Assembly (NCBI RefSeq): GCF_035254145.1
Contig: NZ_DATFAV010000215.1
Span: 1,229 to 65,228, forward strand
Direction: 5' to 3'
Source: Caulobacter sp.
GTDB taxonomy: Bacteria; Pseudomonadota; Alphaproteobacteria; Caulobacterales; Caulobacteraceae
Length of the DNA: 64,000 nucleotides
The position numbers were made by a program, and so were the translations under genes. Within the stretch, counting starts at the first letter, position 1, and the number at the start of each line of letters is the position of its first letter. Shown here in pieces: positions 28,930 through 39,132 of this stretch. The notes under the pieces are model-generated. The model searched no databases, was not told the DNA's origin, and was given only the letters and a program-made list of their open reading frames with translations.

Positions 28930-29981
28930 ACCTTCGCGAGCGAGGCGCTGTCGATCACGAAGCGATACTTCACGTCGCTGCGCTGCATGCGGTCATAGGC
29001 TTCGTCGATCTGGGCGATGTCGATCATCTCGATGTCGGCGACGATCCCGTGCTCGGCGCAGAAGTCCAGCATCTCCTGGGTCTCGGCGATCCCGCCGATC
29101 AGCGAACCGGCGATCGCCTTGCGGCCGAAGATCAGCGTACCGACGGTCGGCGCCGGGTGCGGATGCTCGGGCACGCCGACCAGGCACAGAGTCCCGTCGC
29201 GCTTCAGCAGGGCGGTGAAGACGTCGAGGTTGTGGCTAGCCGCCACCGTGTTCAGGATGAAGTCGAAGCTGCCCGCGTGCTTGGCCATTTCCTCGGGATT
29301 ACGCGAGACGACCACCTCGTCGGCGCCCAGGTCGAGAGCGTCCTGGCGCTTGGCTTCGGAGGTGGTGAAGGCGACGGTATGGGCGCCCATGGCGTGGGCC
29401 AGCTTGACCCCCATGTGGCCGAGGCCCCCGATGCCGACGATCCCGACCTTCTTGCCCGGCCCCGTGTTCCAGTGGCGCAGCGGCGAATAGGTGGTGATCC
29501 CGGCGCAGAGCAGGGGCGCAACGGCGGCCAGTTGTTCCTCCGGATGGCGGATCTTCAGCACGAAGTTGTCGTTGACCACGATGCGCTGCGAATAGCCGCC
29601 TAGGGTGTAGCCCGGCGCGTCCTCGATCGGGGCGTTGTAGGTGCCGGTGAAGCCGTGTTCGCAATATTGCTCCAACCCCTCGTCGCAGGCGTGGCAATGC
29701 TTGCAGCTGCCGACCATGCAGCCGACGCCGACGACCTCGCCTTCCTTGAAGCGGCTGACCTGGCCGCCGACGGCCGAGACCCGGCCGACGATCTCGTGCC
29801 CCGGCACGCAGGGGAAGATCGTGCCTTCCCATTCCGACCGCACGGTGTGGAGGTCAGAGTGGCAGACGCCGCAATAGGCGATCTCGATCTGGACGTCGTG
29901 CGGTCCGACGGCGCGGCGCGTGATGTCCATGGCTTGCAGCGGCTTGTCGGCGGCGAAAGCGCCGTAGGCTTTGATGGCCAT
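28926..29981 (-). CDS. Zn-dependent NAD(P) alcohol/aldehyde dehydrogenase (CAD/YahK-like)
   Basis: CHSD, GHE, GCMVGSCKHCHAC, GIGGLG. Confidence 0.93.
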   Translation of the reverse strand: MAIKAYGAFAADKPLQAMDITRRAVGPHDVQIEIAYCGVCHSDLHTVRSEWEGTIFPCVPGHEIVGRVSAVGGQVSRFKEGEVVGVGCMVGSCKHCHACDEGLEQYCEHGFTGTYNAPIEDAPGYTLGGYSQRIVVNDNFVLKIRHPEEQLAAVAPLLCAGITTYSPLRHWNTGPGKKVGIVGIGGLGHMGVKLAHAMGAHTVAFTTSEAKRQDALDLGADEVVVSRNPEEMAKHAGSFDFILNTVAASHNLDVFTALLKRDGTLCLVGVPEHPHPAPTVGTLIFGRKAIAGSLIGGIAETQEMLDFCAEHGIVADIEMIDIAQIDEAYDRMQRSDVKYRFVIDSASLAKV

Positions 29982-30204
29982 GGTATTCTCCTAAAAAATC
30001 CGGGGACGCCGCGAAGGGCGGCCAGTCGGTGGTCTATCGGTTCCGCTACGGAATGATTAGGGCGGCAAATCCGCATGCGCCTGTGAGCCAAGCTCAGCAA
30101 TGCGCGCCGTCCCTTCGCGTTCGTGAAGCTCCGCCAACCTATCGCCCTCCGGTCATCTCCGTTAGATGCTGGAATCGACATGTGCTTTTGAGCAGGGCTC
30201 AGGA

Positions 30205-31104
30205 ATGGCGCGCGCCAACATCAACGATCTGATCGCCTTCATCACCGTGGCGCGCGAGCGCAGCTTCACGCGCGCGGCCGCCAAGCTGGGCGTCTCGCCC
30301 TCGGCGCTCAGCCACACCTTGCGCGGCCTGGAGGAGCGCCTTGGCCTGCGGCTGCTGACCCGGACCACCCGCAGCGTCTCGCCGACCGAGGCGGGAGAGC
30401 GCCTGCTGCACGCCATCGGGCCGCGGTTCGACGAGATCGACAGCGAGCTCGAGGCCCTGAGCGAACTGCGCGACAAGCCGTCGGGCACGATCCGCATCAC
30501 CGCCACCGACCACGTCATCCAGTCGCTGCTGTGGCCCAAGCTGTCCGCCACTCTGGCCGACTATCCTGACATCAAGGTCGAGATGGTCTCCGACTACGGC
30601 CTGACCGACATCGTCGCCCAGCGCTTCGACGCCGGCGTGCGGTTCGGGGAGCAAGTGGCCAAGGACATGATCTCGGTGCGGATCGGCCCCGACGTCCGCT
30701 TCGCCGCCGTCGCGGCTCCGAGCTACTTCGCCGATCGCCCGATCCCGTCGACGCCCCAGGACCTGGTGCAGCACAACTGCCTGAACCTGCGCCTGCCGAC
30801 CTACGGCGGCTTCTACGCCTGGGAATTCGAGAAGGACGGCAAGGAGCTTCGGGTCCGGGTCGACGGCCAGCTGGCCTTCAGCAGCATCTATCACGTGCTC
30901 GATGCGGCCCTGGCGGGCTTCGGCATCGGCTATGTGGCCGAGGACATGGCCGAGCCGCATCTGCGCGAGGGCCGGCTGGTCCGGGTTCTGGAGGACTGGT
31001 CCCCCTACTGGGAGGGTTATCACCTCTACTATCCCAGCCGCCGCCAGGCCTCGCCCGCCTTCGCGGTCGTGCTGGACGCGCTGAGACATCGGGCGCCGCG
31101 CTGA
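30205..31104 (+). CDS. LysR family regulator
   Basis: SFTRAAAKLGVSPSALSH, RTTRSVSPTEAG, FDAGVR; divergent from the dehydrogenase. Confidence 0.93.
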   Translation: MARANINDLIAFITVARERSFTRAAAKLGVSPSALSHTLRGLEERLGLRLLTRTTRSVSPTEAGERLLHAIGPRFDEIDSELEALSELRDKPSGTIRITATDHVIQSLLWPKLSATLADYPDIKVEMVSDYGLTDIVAQRFDAGVRFGEQVAKDMISVRIGPDVRFAAVAAPSYFADRPIPSTPQDLVQHNCLNLRLPTYGGFYAWEFEKDGKELRVRVDGQLAFSSIYHVLDAALAGFGIGYVAEDMAEPHLREGRLVRVLEDWSPYWEGYHLYYPSRRQASPAFAVVLDALRHRAPR

Positions 31105-31105
31105 C

Positions 31106-31156
31106 CGGCCAGCGTCTTCAGGCGGCCAGCGTCTTCAGACGGCCAGTGTCTTCAAG
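31106..31156. repeat. 3 x 17-bp tandem repeat
   Basis: CGGCCAGCGTCTTCAGG / CGGCCAGCGTCTTCAGA / CGGCCAGTGTCTTCAAG. Confidence 0.9.
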
Positions 31157-31205
31157 CTGTAATAGACCGCCGGTAAGCGCGCGCCTTTATCCGCTGCCCC
31201 GGTCG

Positions 31206-32405
31206 ATGAAGATGCGCCGCTCGTCCCTGCTCCTGCTCGCCGCCGCCGCTTTGGCGATCGCTTCGCCCGCGGTGTCGGCGCCGCGTCCGCCGCTCACCCA
31301 GAATGGCGGGACCTGGGCTTCGGGGCACGTGCAGGGCGTCGCCGTCGATGTGAAGGGCGGCTACATCTATTACTCGTTCACCAACCTGCTGGCGAAATAC
31401 GACTTCGACGGCAGGCTGATCGGCACGCTGGTCGGCTGGACCGGCCACCTGGGCGACCTCGACTTCAATCCGGCCGATGGCAAGGTCTACGGCTCGCTGG
31501 AATACAAGAAAGACCAGGCGTTCTACATCGCCGTCATCGACGTCGCGCGCCTGGACCGGGTGGGCGTCGAAGCCAGCCAGAGCGAACTCTTCCGCACCGT
31601 CTATCTGCCAGAGGTGGCCAGGGACTACGTGGCCGACATGAACGGCGACGGCAAGTTCGACGGCGACGTCGGGACGACGGCGGACCACCGCTACGGCTGC
31701 TCCGGAATCGACGGGGTCTCGTTCGGACCGGCGTTCGGCCGAGGGGGTGGCCGAGTGAGCGACCAGACCGACGGCAAGCGCTACCTGACGGTGGCCTACG
31801 GAATCTACGGAAACACCGGTCGGACCGACAACGATCACCAGGTGCTGCTGCAGTACGACGTCGCCGACTGGGGCCGCTACGCCCGGCCGCTGACCGAATC
31901 CGCTCCGCACCACGAGGGGCCCGCCGCGCCCGCCGCCAAGGTCTTCGTCCGCACGGGCAACACCAGCTACGGCGTCCAGAACCTGGCCTATGACGACAGC
32001 CGCAAGCGCTGGTTCATGGGCGTCTACCAGGGCAGGAAGGAAGCCTTCCCCAACTACGCGCTATTCGCCGTGGATGCAGGAGAACGGCCCGCGCGCGGCG
32101 ATCTCGTCGGCGTGCCCGCCCAGAACGGCCGAGGCTGGGAAAAGGGCCAGGTGCTGGCCCTGGCCGACGACGGCCTGAAGGACCCGGCGACCGGCGTTCG
32201 AGGCTGGAACCAGAAGGCCGATGTCGGCTTCCAGCCCATCGGCGGCGGGCTCGCTTATCTGGCCGTCAACACCAAGGTCGACGGAAGACAGACCGCCGAC
32301 CTCACCCTGATGCGCTGGACCGGCGAGGCGGAAAAGCCATTCGTCCCCGCCACCGCCGACGACCTGCGCGCCTTGCCCAACCCGTCCGCGGTCGGAACGC
32401 GCTAA
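31206..32405 (+). CDS. Secreted hypothetical protein (possible beta-propeller)
   Basis: Signal peptide MKMRRSSLLLLAAAALAIASPAVSA; repeated beta-blade-like segments. Confidence 0.6.
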   Translation: MKMRRSSLLLLAAAALAIASPAVSAPRPPLTQNGGTWASGHVQGVAVDVKGGYIYYSFTNLLAKYDFDGRLIGTLVGWTGHLGDLDFNPADGKVYGSLEYKKDQAFYIAVIDVARLDRVGVEASQSELFRTVYLPEVARDYVADMNGDGKFDGDVGTTADHRYGCSGIDGVSFGPAFGRGGGRVSDQTDGKRYLTVAYGIYGNTGRTDNDHQVLLQYDVADWGRYARPLTESAPHHEGPAAPAAKVFVRTGNTSYGVQNLAYDDSRKRWFMGVYQGRKEAFPNYALFAVDAGERPARGDLVGVPAQNGRGWEKGQVLALADDGLKDPATGVRGWNQKADVGFQPIGGGLAYLAVNTKVDGRQTADLTLMRWTGEAEKPFVPATADDLRALPNPSAVGTR

Positions 32406-32426
32406 CGCCACGTCAACCTGTCACAA

Positions 32427-33071
32427 ATGGCGTCTAGGCAGGGCTCGGATGCAGCCAGCGGGTCGGGGATGAGCGGCGCGGACAGGGAAAGAACGCGTTG
32501 GTTCCTTCGGAACATCCTGCCGCACGAGCCGGCGCTGAGGGGCTGGCTGTCGCGCGGCGCCCTGCCGGGAATCGACGCCGACGACGTCATCCAGGAAGCC
32601 TATTCGATCCTGGCCGAGCTCGAGACGGTCGACGGCATCCGCCATCCCCGCGCCTATCTGTTCCAGGTCGCCCGCTCGGTGATCACTCGCCACGTGCGGC
32701 GCGCGCGGATCGTGGCGATCCACAGCGTCGAGGACCTGGAACGGCTGGAACCTCCCGACGAGGAGGCCTCGCCCGAGCAGCGCACGATCGACCGGGACGA
32801 GCTGCGCCACCTGGCCCGCGCCATCGCCGCCATGCCGCTGAAGACTCGCGAGGCCTTCATCCTTCGTCGCGTCAAGGGCCTGCCCCAGCGCGAGGTGGCC
32901 GCGCGAATGCGAGTTTCGGAGAACACCGTCGAGACCCACATCTCCCGAGGCGTGCTTTTCCTGATTGATTGGTTCGGGCGTGGCGGAAACAAGCGGTCCC
33001 AAACCTCTAAGACCTCGAACCGGGAGAGCGCCTCGCCAAATGGCCGAACGAGACACCAGTCGCGACATTGA
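32427..33071 (+). CDS. ECF sigma factor (FecI-like)
   Basis: DADDVIQEAY, AYLFQVAR, REAFILRRVKGLPQREVA. Confidence 0.9.
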   Translation: MASRQGSDAASGSGMSGADRERTRWFLRNILPHEPALRGWLSRGALPGIDADDVIQEAYSILAELETVDGIRHPRAYLFQVARSVITRHVRRARIVAIHSVEDLERLEPPDEEASPEQRTIDRDELRHLARAIAAMPLKTREAFILRRVKGLPQREVAARMRVSENTVETHISRGVLFLIDWFGRGGNKRSQTSKTSNRESASPNGRTRHQSRH

Positions 33072-34050
33072 CCAGGCGGCGTCCGATTGGGCGGCGCGAA
33101 TGGATCGCGGGCCGCTCTCGTCGACCGGAGAAGCCGCCCTCCAGGCCTGGCTGAGCGGCGATCCACGCCGCCGCGGCGCCCTGCTGCGCGCCCAGGCCCT
33201 GTCGATGATGAGCGAGTCGGCCAAGGCGCTGGGCCCCGACTTCGACCCCGTCGCCTTCGCCGAGCCGAGACGGGCGCGCCTGTCGCGTCGCCAGGCCTTG
33301 ACCTGGTCGGGCGCCGCCGTGGCCGCCGTCTCGCTGGCCGCCCTGGGCGTGGCCACGTCGGCCGCCGGCTCGGTGATCAGCACCGATCGGGGCGAGATCC
33401 GCCTGGTGCCGCTCAAGGATGGCTCGACCGTGCTCCTGAACACCGAAAGCCGTATCCGCGTCCGTTACGATGACGGCCAGCGGCAGGTCGTGCTGCTGAA
33501 GGGCGAGGCCTATTTCTCGGTGGCCCGCGACGAGCGGCGGCCCTTCGTCGTCGAGGTGGACGGCCGCCGGCTGCGCACGGCCCAGGCCGGCTTCCGCGTC
33601 CGCAAGCTGGAGGCCGATCCGGTCGATCTGCTGGTCAGCCAAGGCCAGGTCGAGGTCTCGGCCTCGCCGCTGTTCGGCGTCACGCGCACGATCGCGGTGA
33701 GCGCCAATACGCGCCTCTCCCTGGCCAACGCCGCCCATCGCGCGGCCGAGCAGCCACGCGCGGTCGCCCCCGAGACCGTCACGCGCGAGCTGGCCTGGCG
33801 CGACGGCAAGCTGGCCTTCGAAGGCGAGACTCTGGGCCAGGCGGCCCAGGCCTTCGCGCGCTACAGCGACACCCCCATCGAGATCCGCGACCCGGATCTG
33901 GCGCGCGAGCCGGTCACGGGCCTGTTCGCCGCCAGCGATCCCGTCGGCTTCGGCCGCGCCGTCGCCAAGGTGTTCGACGCGCGCCTTCAGAGGGACGGCG
34001 ACAAGGTTGTGCTGAGCCGCGCCGCGCAACCTCCTGCTGCAGCGCAATAA
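33040..34050 (+). CDS. FecR family anti-sigma/transmembrane sensor
   Basis: QAASDWAAR, LKDGSTVLLNT, LLKGEAYF, LAWRDGKLAF; ATG at 33040. Confidence 0.92.
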   Translation: MAERDTSRDIDQAASDWAARMDRGPLSSTGEAALQAWLSGDPRRRGALLRAQALSMMSESAKALGPDFDPVAFAEPRRARLSRRQALTWSGAAVAAVSLAALGVATSAAGSVISTDRGEIRLVPLKDGSTVLLNTESRIRVRYDDGQRQVVLLKGEAYFSVARDERRPFVVEVDGRRLRTAQAGFRVRKLEADPVDLLVSQGQVEVSASPLFGVTRTIAVSANTRLSLANAAHRAAEQPRAVAPETVTRELAWRDGKLAFEGETLGQAAQAFARYSDTPIEIRDPDLAREPVTGLFAASDPVGFGRAVAKVFDARLQRDGDKVVLSRAAQPPAAAQ

Positions 34051-34143
34051 GAAGTTTTTGCAACAGATAGCGGAAGCCTCCGCCCGGCGGCTCTCAACCC
34101 GCAACGTCGCGACCAGCGCGATGGATTGGGGGCCGTACAGCCA

Positions 34144-37100
34144 ATGATTTCTCGCTATTCCCTCCTGGCCTGCGGGGCGTCGGTCGTCGCCATGTCGATC
34201 GCCGCACCGGCTCTGGCGCAGGAGCGCGTCTTCGATATTCCGGCCCAGCCGGCCGTGCGCGCCATTCCCGAACTGGCCCGCCAAGGCCAGGTGCAGATCG
34301 TGGCCCCCGCCAGCCAGTTGGCCGGCGTCCAGACCCCGGCCGTCAAGGGCCAGATGGACGTCCGCGCCGCTCTGCGTCGCCTGATCGCCGGCACGCCGCT
34401 GCAGATCGATTCCGACGACGGACAGACCATCACCCTGCGCTCGACCGTGAGCGCCTTCCGCCCCCAGGGCGGCGTCGGTAGCGGCAGCGTTCGAGGCCGC
34501 GTCCTCAACACCGCCACCGGCGAATACGTCCGCAACGCCGAGATCCGCGTCGAGGGCGCGTCGATCGCCGCCTATTCCGAGGACGACGGCGAGTTCCGCC
34601 TGACCGGCGTGCCGGCCGGCGACGCCACCATCAAGATCAAGTACGCGGGCCTGCAGGAGGCGACGCTGGTCGTTTCGGTCGCGGCGAACCAGACGGCCAA
34701 TCTCGACGTCTCGCTGATCCCGCTGTCCAGCCTGGACCAGGTCGAGGCCGTGACCATCACCGCCAAGCGCGAAGGCCAGGCCGCCGCCATCATGGAGCGC
34801 CGCGCCTCGACCAACGCCAAAACCGTCGTGGCGGCCGACAACTTCGGCGCCCTGACCATGGGCGACGTGGGCGAGTTCATGAAGAACATGCCGGGCGTCT
34901 CGCTGGACTACACCGAGGTCGACGCCACCGCCGTCCGCATCGGGGGGCTGGACCCCAAGTACTCGACCTTCACGACCGACGGCGCCCGCATGGCGACGGC
35001 GACCTCGAACAACAACAACGGCCGCCAGAACTCGTTCGAGCAGATGTCGATCACCGGCGTCGACTCGATCGAGCTGAACAACACCCTGCAGGCCAGCATG
35101 GACGCCGACAGCCCCGGCGGCGCCATCAACCTGCGCAGCAAGTACGCGTTCCAGCGCACCAGCCGCCTGCTGCGCTTCCAGCTCGGCGGCGTCGGCACGT
35201 CCGACAGCAGTCTGTCGCGCAAGTCCCTGCCCGACGACAAGAAGCACTCTACGATCTACCCCTCGGCGCAGGTAGGCTATGCCGACGTGTTCCTGGACGG
35301 CCGCCTGGGCGTCGCCTTCAACGCCAGCTACAACGCCAACTACGTCCAGCAGGACCGCATCCAGACCGACTGGTCCTACCTCGCCAGCGGCCGGGTCATG
35401 CCCTACCAGGTGATGTGGCGCCCGGGTCCGAAGCTGACCCACCGCAAGGCGGCCAACCTCAGCGTCGATTACAAGCTGACCGACCAGTGGGCCCTGTCGC
35501 TGCGCTCGACCTATTCGTTCTACGACGTCGAGTACTTCAACCAGTACACCTACCTGATCTTCGGCACGTCCACCGCCTCGCAGACCACGGCGGACTCGAC
35601 CCCGACGCACATCGTGGTCAATCCGAACGGGACCAACACCCGCCTGCACACCCAGTACTCGCACCGCTACGCCGGCACGCCCTCGTGGCTGTTCGCGCCC
35701 AAGCTGGAGTACCGCGGCGACACCTGGGAGGCCCAGCTGCGCGGCAGCTATTCCAGCTCGGAGTTCAACTTCCGGGACAATTCCAAGGGCTTCTTTCAGC
35801 GTACGGACGATTACCTGACGCGCATCGGCTTCACGCTGGATCGGGCGTCCGAGGACTCCAACGCGTGGACGCTGCGCCAGACCGCCGGCCGCTCGTGGAG
35901 CGACCCGACCAGCTTCAATCGCGACGATGACATCGGCAACAACATCCGCACGTCGGAGTCCGACGCGGCCAACCAGATGTACGGCCTGAACCTGGACCTG
36001 AAGAAGAAGCTGAACATCGGCCCGGTGCAGCTGAAGGTGCTGGCCGGCGCGACCTACCGGACCAACGTCTGGAAGACCAACGAGGGCTCCTACCAGCAGT
36101 TCCAGTATGTCGGCCCCAACGGCGACCTGACCCAGAAGGCGCCCGAAGCGGTCATCCCCTGGACCCAGAACTATCAGTTCAAGATCCTGGGCTTCGACGC
36201 CGGCAACCTGAACGACCAGAGCTGGCGCGCCGACAGCAACTACGCCGTCTACGACATCTACAAGGCCCACCCCGAGTACTTCGTCCCCGACACTGTGGGC
36301 AACACCAAGCGCCGCCTGGACAACAACAAGAAGGTCGGCGAGGAGGTCAACGCCGCCTATTTCGAGGTCCAGCCACGCGTCGGCAAGGCCCAGTTCGACC
36401 TTGGCCTGCGCTACGAAAAGACCAAGACCGACGCCCGTGTCGCCGACATCCGTCCGGCCAAGGAAGTGACCGCCGCCGGCCTGTCGACCAGCACCGTCGC
36501 CGGCCTGCTCTACCAGTACCGCAACGGGACCTACGCCACCCGCCACGGCGAGTACGACGACTGGTTCCTGAGCGGCGGGGCCAAGTACGACTTCACCAGG
36601 AAGCTGGTCGGCCAGTTGGCCTTCAGCCAGTCGATCCTGCGCCCGGACTACGGCAACCTGGGCGGCGTGGTGTCGGTCAACGACGACACCCTGATCGTCA
36701 CCGTGCCCAATCCGCTGCTGAAGCCCGAGCACTCGACCAAGTACTTCGCCAGCCTGCAGTACTACCTCGAGCCGTCGGGCGTGATCGGGATCTCGGCCTA
36801 CCAGCTGGACGTGAAGGACATGCAGGTCACCGGCGTCACGGTCGACGCCGAGGATGTGGGCTACAACCCCGCCGACTACGCCGGCTACGCGTTCCGCAGC
36901 GCCCAGAACCTGCCGGGAACCAGCACCAACAAGGGCCTGACGCTGGAATACGACCAGCAGCTGACCTTCCTGCCCGGCGCGCTGCGAGGCCTGGGTCTGC
37001 GGGCCTCGGTCACCAAGATCGATCCGGACGGCGTGCGCGTCAGCCTGCCCAAGACCTCGGCCAACTGGGGCCTGCGCTACAGCTACGGCAAGTTCGACGT

Positions 37101-37371
37101 CCAGCTGACCGGCAACGCCCAGTCCAAGTATCGGACCAGCGCGCTCGCCAACACGCCCACCACCGCGACGAACGGCGTCCTCTATCACGCCGCTCGCGAG
37201 CTCTGGAACGTCAGCGCCAGCTACAAGATCAACAGTCAGTTCGAGGTCATGCTGGCCGGCCGCAACATCTTCAACGCGCCTGACGTCATCTACTCGAACG
37301 TCCGAAGCCGCGTGCAGCAGTACAGCATCTACGGCTCGATGTGGAACATCGGGATCAAGGGCTCCTTCTAG
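34144..37371 (+). CDS. TonB-dependent receptor with N-terminal signalling (STN) domain
   Basis: Signal peptide, FDIPAQ STN, plug PGVS, C-terminal GIKGSF; ATG at 34144. Confidence 0.92.
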   Translation: MISRYSLLACGASVVAMSIAAPALAQERVFDIPAQPAVRAIPELARQGQVQIVAPASQLAGVQTPAVKGQMDVRAALRRLIAGTPLQIDSDDGQTITLRSTVSAFRPQGGVGSGSVRGRVLNTATGEYVRNAEIRVEGASIAAYSEDDGEFRLTGVPAGDATIKIKYAGLQEATLVVSVAANQTANLDVSLIPLSSLDQVEAVTITAKREGQAAAIMERRASTNAKTVVAADNFGALTMGDVGEFMKNMPGVSLDYTEVDATAVRIGGLDPKYSTFTTDGARMATATSNNNNGRQNSFEQMSITGVDSIELNNTLQASMDADSPGGAINLRSKYAFQRTSRLLRFQLGGVGTSDSSLSRKSLPDDKKHSTIYPSAQVGYADVFLDGRLGVAFNASYNANYVQQDRIQTDWSYLASGRVMPYQVMWRPGPKLTHRKAANLSVDYKLTDQWALSLRSTYSFYDVEYFNQYTYLIFGTSTASQTTADSTPTHIVVNPNGTNTRLHTQYSHRYAGTPSWLFAPKLEYRGDTWEAQLRGSYSSSEFNFRDNSKGFFQRTDDYLTRIGFTLDRASEDSNAWTLRQTAGRSWSDPTSFNRDDDIGNNIRTSESDAANQMYGLNLDLKKKLNIGPVQLKVLAGATYRTNVWKTNEGSYQQFQYVGPNGDLTQKAPEAVIPWTQNYQFKILGFDAGNLNDQSWRADSNYAVYDIYKAHPEYFVPDTVGNTKRRLDNNKKVGEEVNAAYFEVQPRVGKAQFDLGLRYEKTKTDARVADIRPAKEVTAAGLSTSTVAGLLYQYRNGTYATRHGEYDDWFLSGGAKYDFTRKLVGQLAFSQSILRPDYGNLGGVVSVNDDTLIVTVPNPLLKPEHSTKYFASLQYYLEPSGVIGISAYQLDVKDMQVTGVTVDAEDVGYNPADYAGYAFRSAQNLPGTSTNKGLTLEYDQQLTFLPGALRGLGLRASVTKIDPDGVRVSLPKTSANWGLRYSYGKFDVQLTGNAQSKYRTSALANTPTTATNGVLYHAARELWNVSASYKINSQFEVMLAGRNIFNAPDVIYSNVRSRVQQYSIYGSMWNIGIKGSF

Positions 37372-37391
37372 ACTTCCCCGACCAACTTCAC

Positions 37392-37425
37392 CTCCCGCGG
37401 TTTTCCGGCCGCGGGAGTTTTCTTT
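37392..37425 (+). terminator. Terminator-like hairpin between the receptor and phoD
   Basis: CTCCCGCGG...CCGCGGGAG followed by TTTTCTTT. Confidence 0.7.
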
Positions 37426-37439
37426 TGCGAGGACCTTCC

Positions 37440-39062
37440 ATGCTTCCAAGGATCGATCGCCGCAGCCTGATCGCGGGCGGCCTTGGCCTGGCCGGCCTGA
37501 CCCTGCCCGCCGGCCGGGCGCTGGCCAGTCAGATGCTAGGCGCCACGGGCTTCACCCACAACGTGGCCAGCGGCGAGCCCGCGCCGGACTCTATGCTGCT
37601 GTGGACGCGTTATGTCCCTTCGGCCGAGGCGGGCGTGGTGCGCCTCGACGTCGAGGTCGCCCTGGATCCCGGATTTTCCAAAAGGGTCTCGGGCGGCGTC
37701 GTCCGCACCGGCCCCTATCGCGACTGGACCGCCAAGGTGACGGTCGACGGCCTGAAGCCGGGGACGGTCTACTGGTACCGCTTCGTCGCCCCGGATGGGA
37801 CCAAGTCGCCCGTCGGCCGCACCAAGACCTTGCCGCAAGGGCCGGTGAACCGGTTCGACCTGGCTGTCTTCTCCTGCTCCAACCTGCCCTACGGCTGGTT
37901 CAACGCCTACGCCCACGCGGCCGCGCGACCGGACCTGGATCTGTGGCTGCACACCGGCGACTACATCTACGAATACGGCGCGGCGTCGATCAAGGAAGTC
38001 GACTTGGTCCAGGGCCGTCTGCCCGAGCCGTCGACCGAGATCCTGGCCATAGCCGACTATCGCTTGCGCTACGCCAGCTATCGCGCCGATCCCGACCTGC
38101 AGCGCCTCCACCAGATGGCGCCGATGGTCGCGCTCTGGGACGATCACGAGTCGTCCAACGACAGCTGGGAAGGCGGGGCCCAGAACCACCAGCCCGACAA
38201 GGAAGGCGGCTGGAACATCCGTCGCGCCGCGGCGATGCAGGTCTATCGCGAGTGGATGCCGGTATCGGACGAGCCGTGGAAGACCTATCCGATCGGGACC
38301 CTGGCGACGCTCTACCGCACAGAGTCGCGCCTGCTGGCCCGCACCCGCCCGGCCGACATCGGCGCGGCCTTCAAGGCGGCCGATCCCGAGGCGGCCTTGA
38401 AGGCGTTCCGCGACGGCGCGTGGCGCGATCCCTCCGCGACCATGATGGGTTCGACCCAGGAGACTTGGCTGGCCCACCAGATGAAGGTGAACGCCGGCTG
38501 GCAGCTGGTCGGCATGGGCACCATCCTGGGCCGCACCGTCATGCCCAAGGACGCCGTCGACTGGCTGCGCCCGACCGTCTCCGACAAGAAGGTCGCCAGC
38601 TATCGCGACGACATCCGCGCTGCGGCCCGGGGCCTGCCGATGTGGATGGACCGCTGGGACGGCTACCCCGCCGCCCGTTCGCGCCTGCTCAGGTCGGCCC
38701 AGGCCGCCGACGCCGACCTCGTCATGCTGTCGGGCGACAGCCACAACGCCTGGGCCTACGCCCTGACCGAGGACGGCCGCCCGGCCGGCGTCGAGTTCGC
38801 CGGCCACAGCGTCACCTCCAACGGCATGGAGGGCGACATGGGCGCGGATCCGAAGATCGTCGCCCAGGGCTTCGTGGGCGCCAATCCCGAGCTGAAATGG
38901 GCCGACACCAGCCAGCGCGGCTACATGATGGTCCAGATCACTCCCCAGCGCGTCACCGGCGAGTGGCTGTTCCTGCGCACGATCAAGGCTCCCACGACCG
39001 AGCTGGCCGGAACGCACCGCATGCAGGTCGATCGCGGCCGTCGGCGTTTCTCGCAAGCGTGA
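37440..39062 (+). CDS. phoD: Alkaline phosphatase D family, Tat-exported
   Basis: RRSLIAG Tat motif, FSCSN, GDYIYE, WDDHE, WDGY, SGDSH. Confidence 0.92.
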   Translation: MLPRIDRRSLIAGGLGLAGLTLPAGRALASQMLGATGFTHNVASGEPAPDSMLLWTRYVPSAEAGVVRLDVEVALDPGFSKRVSGGVVRTGPYRDWTAKVTVDGLKPGTVYWYRFVAPDGTKSPVGRTKTLPQGPVNRFDLAVFSCSNLPYGWFNAYAHAAARPDLDLWLHTGDYIYEYGAASIKEVDLVQGRLPEPSTEILAIADYRLRYASYRADPDLQRLHQMAPMVALWDDHESSNDSWEGGAQNHQPDKEGGWNIRRAAAMQVYREWMPVSDEPWKTYPIGTLATLYRTESRLLARTRPADIGAAFKAADPEAALKAFRDGAWRDPSATMMGSTQETWLAHQMKVNAGWQLVGMGTILGRTVMPKDAVDWLRPTVSDKKVASYRDDIRAAARGLPMWMDRWDGYPAARSRLLRSAQAADADLVMLSGDSHNAWAYALTEDGRPAGVEFAGHSVTSNGMEGDMGADPKIVAQGFVGANPELKWADTSQRGYMMVQITPQRVTGEWLFLRTIKAPTTELAGTHRMQVDRGRRRFSQA

Positions 39063-39132
39063 CGGTCGATAGGCTGTCCACCACACCACGGGCCTGGCGG
39101 GTGGCGCCAGGCCCCCGCGCCGCAAGTCAGCA

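Noticed and set aside
14900-28940. Locus as an integrated mobile element
   Set aside because: No integrase, transposase, tRNA or flanking direct repeat seen; GC is mostly host-like
32411-32435. Possible Pho box before the ECF sigma gene (CTGTCACAAAT)
   Set aside because: Only one half-site, with no second repeat at 11-bp spacing
33007-37449. 1480-aa minus-strand ORF and similar long shadow ORFs (6759..9014, 3684..5486, 55641..57758, 58260..60311, 26412..28364)
   Set aside because: Antisense shadows of strongly GC3-biased real genes, with no recognisable motifs
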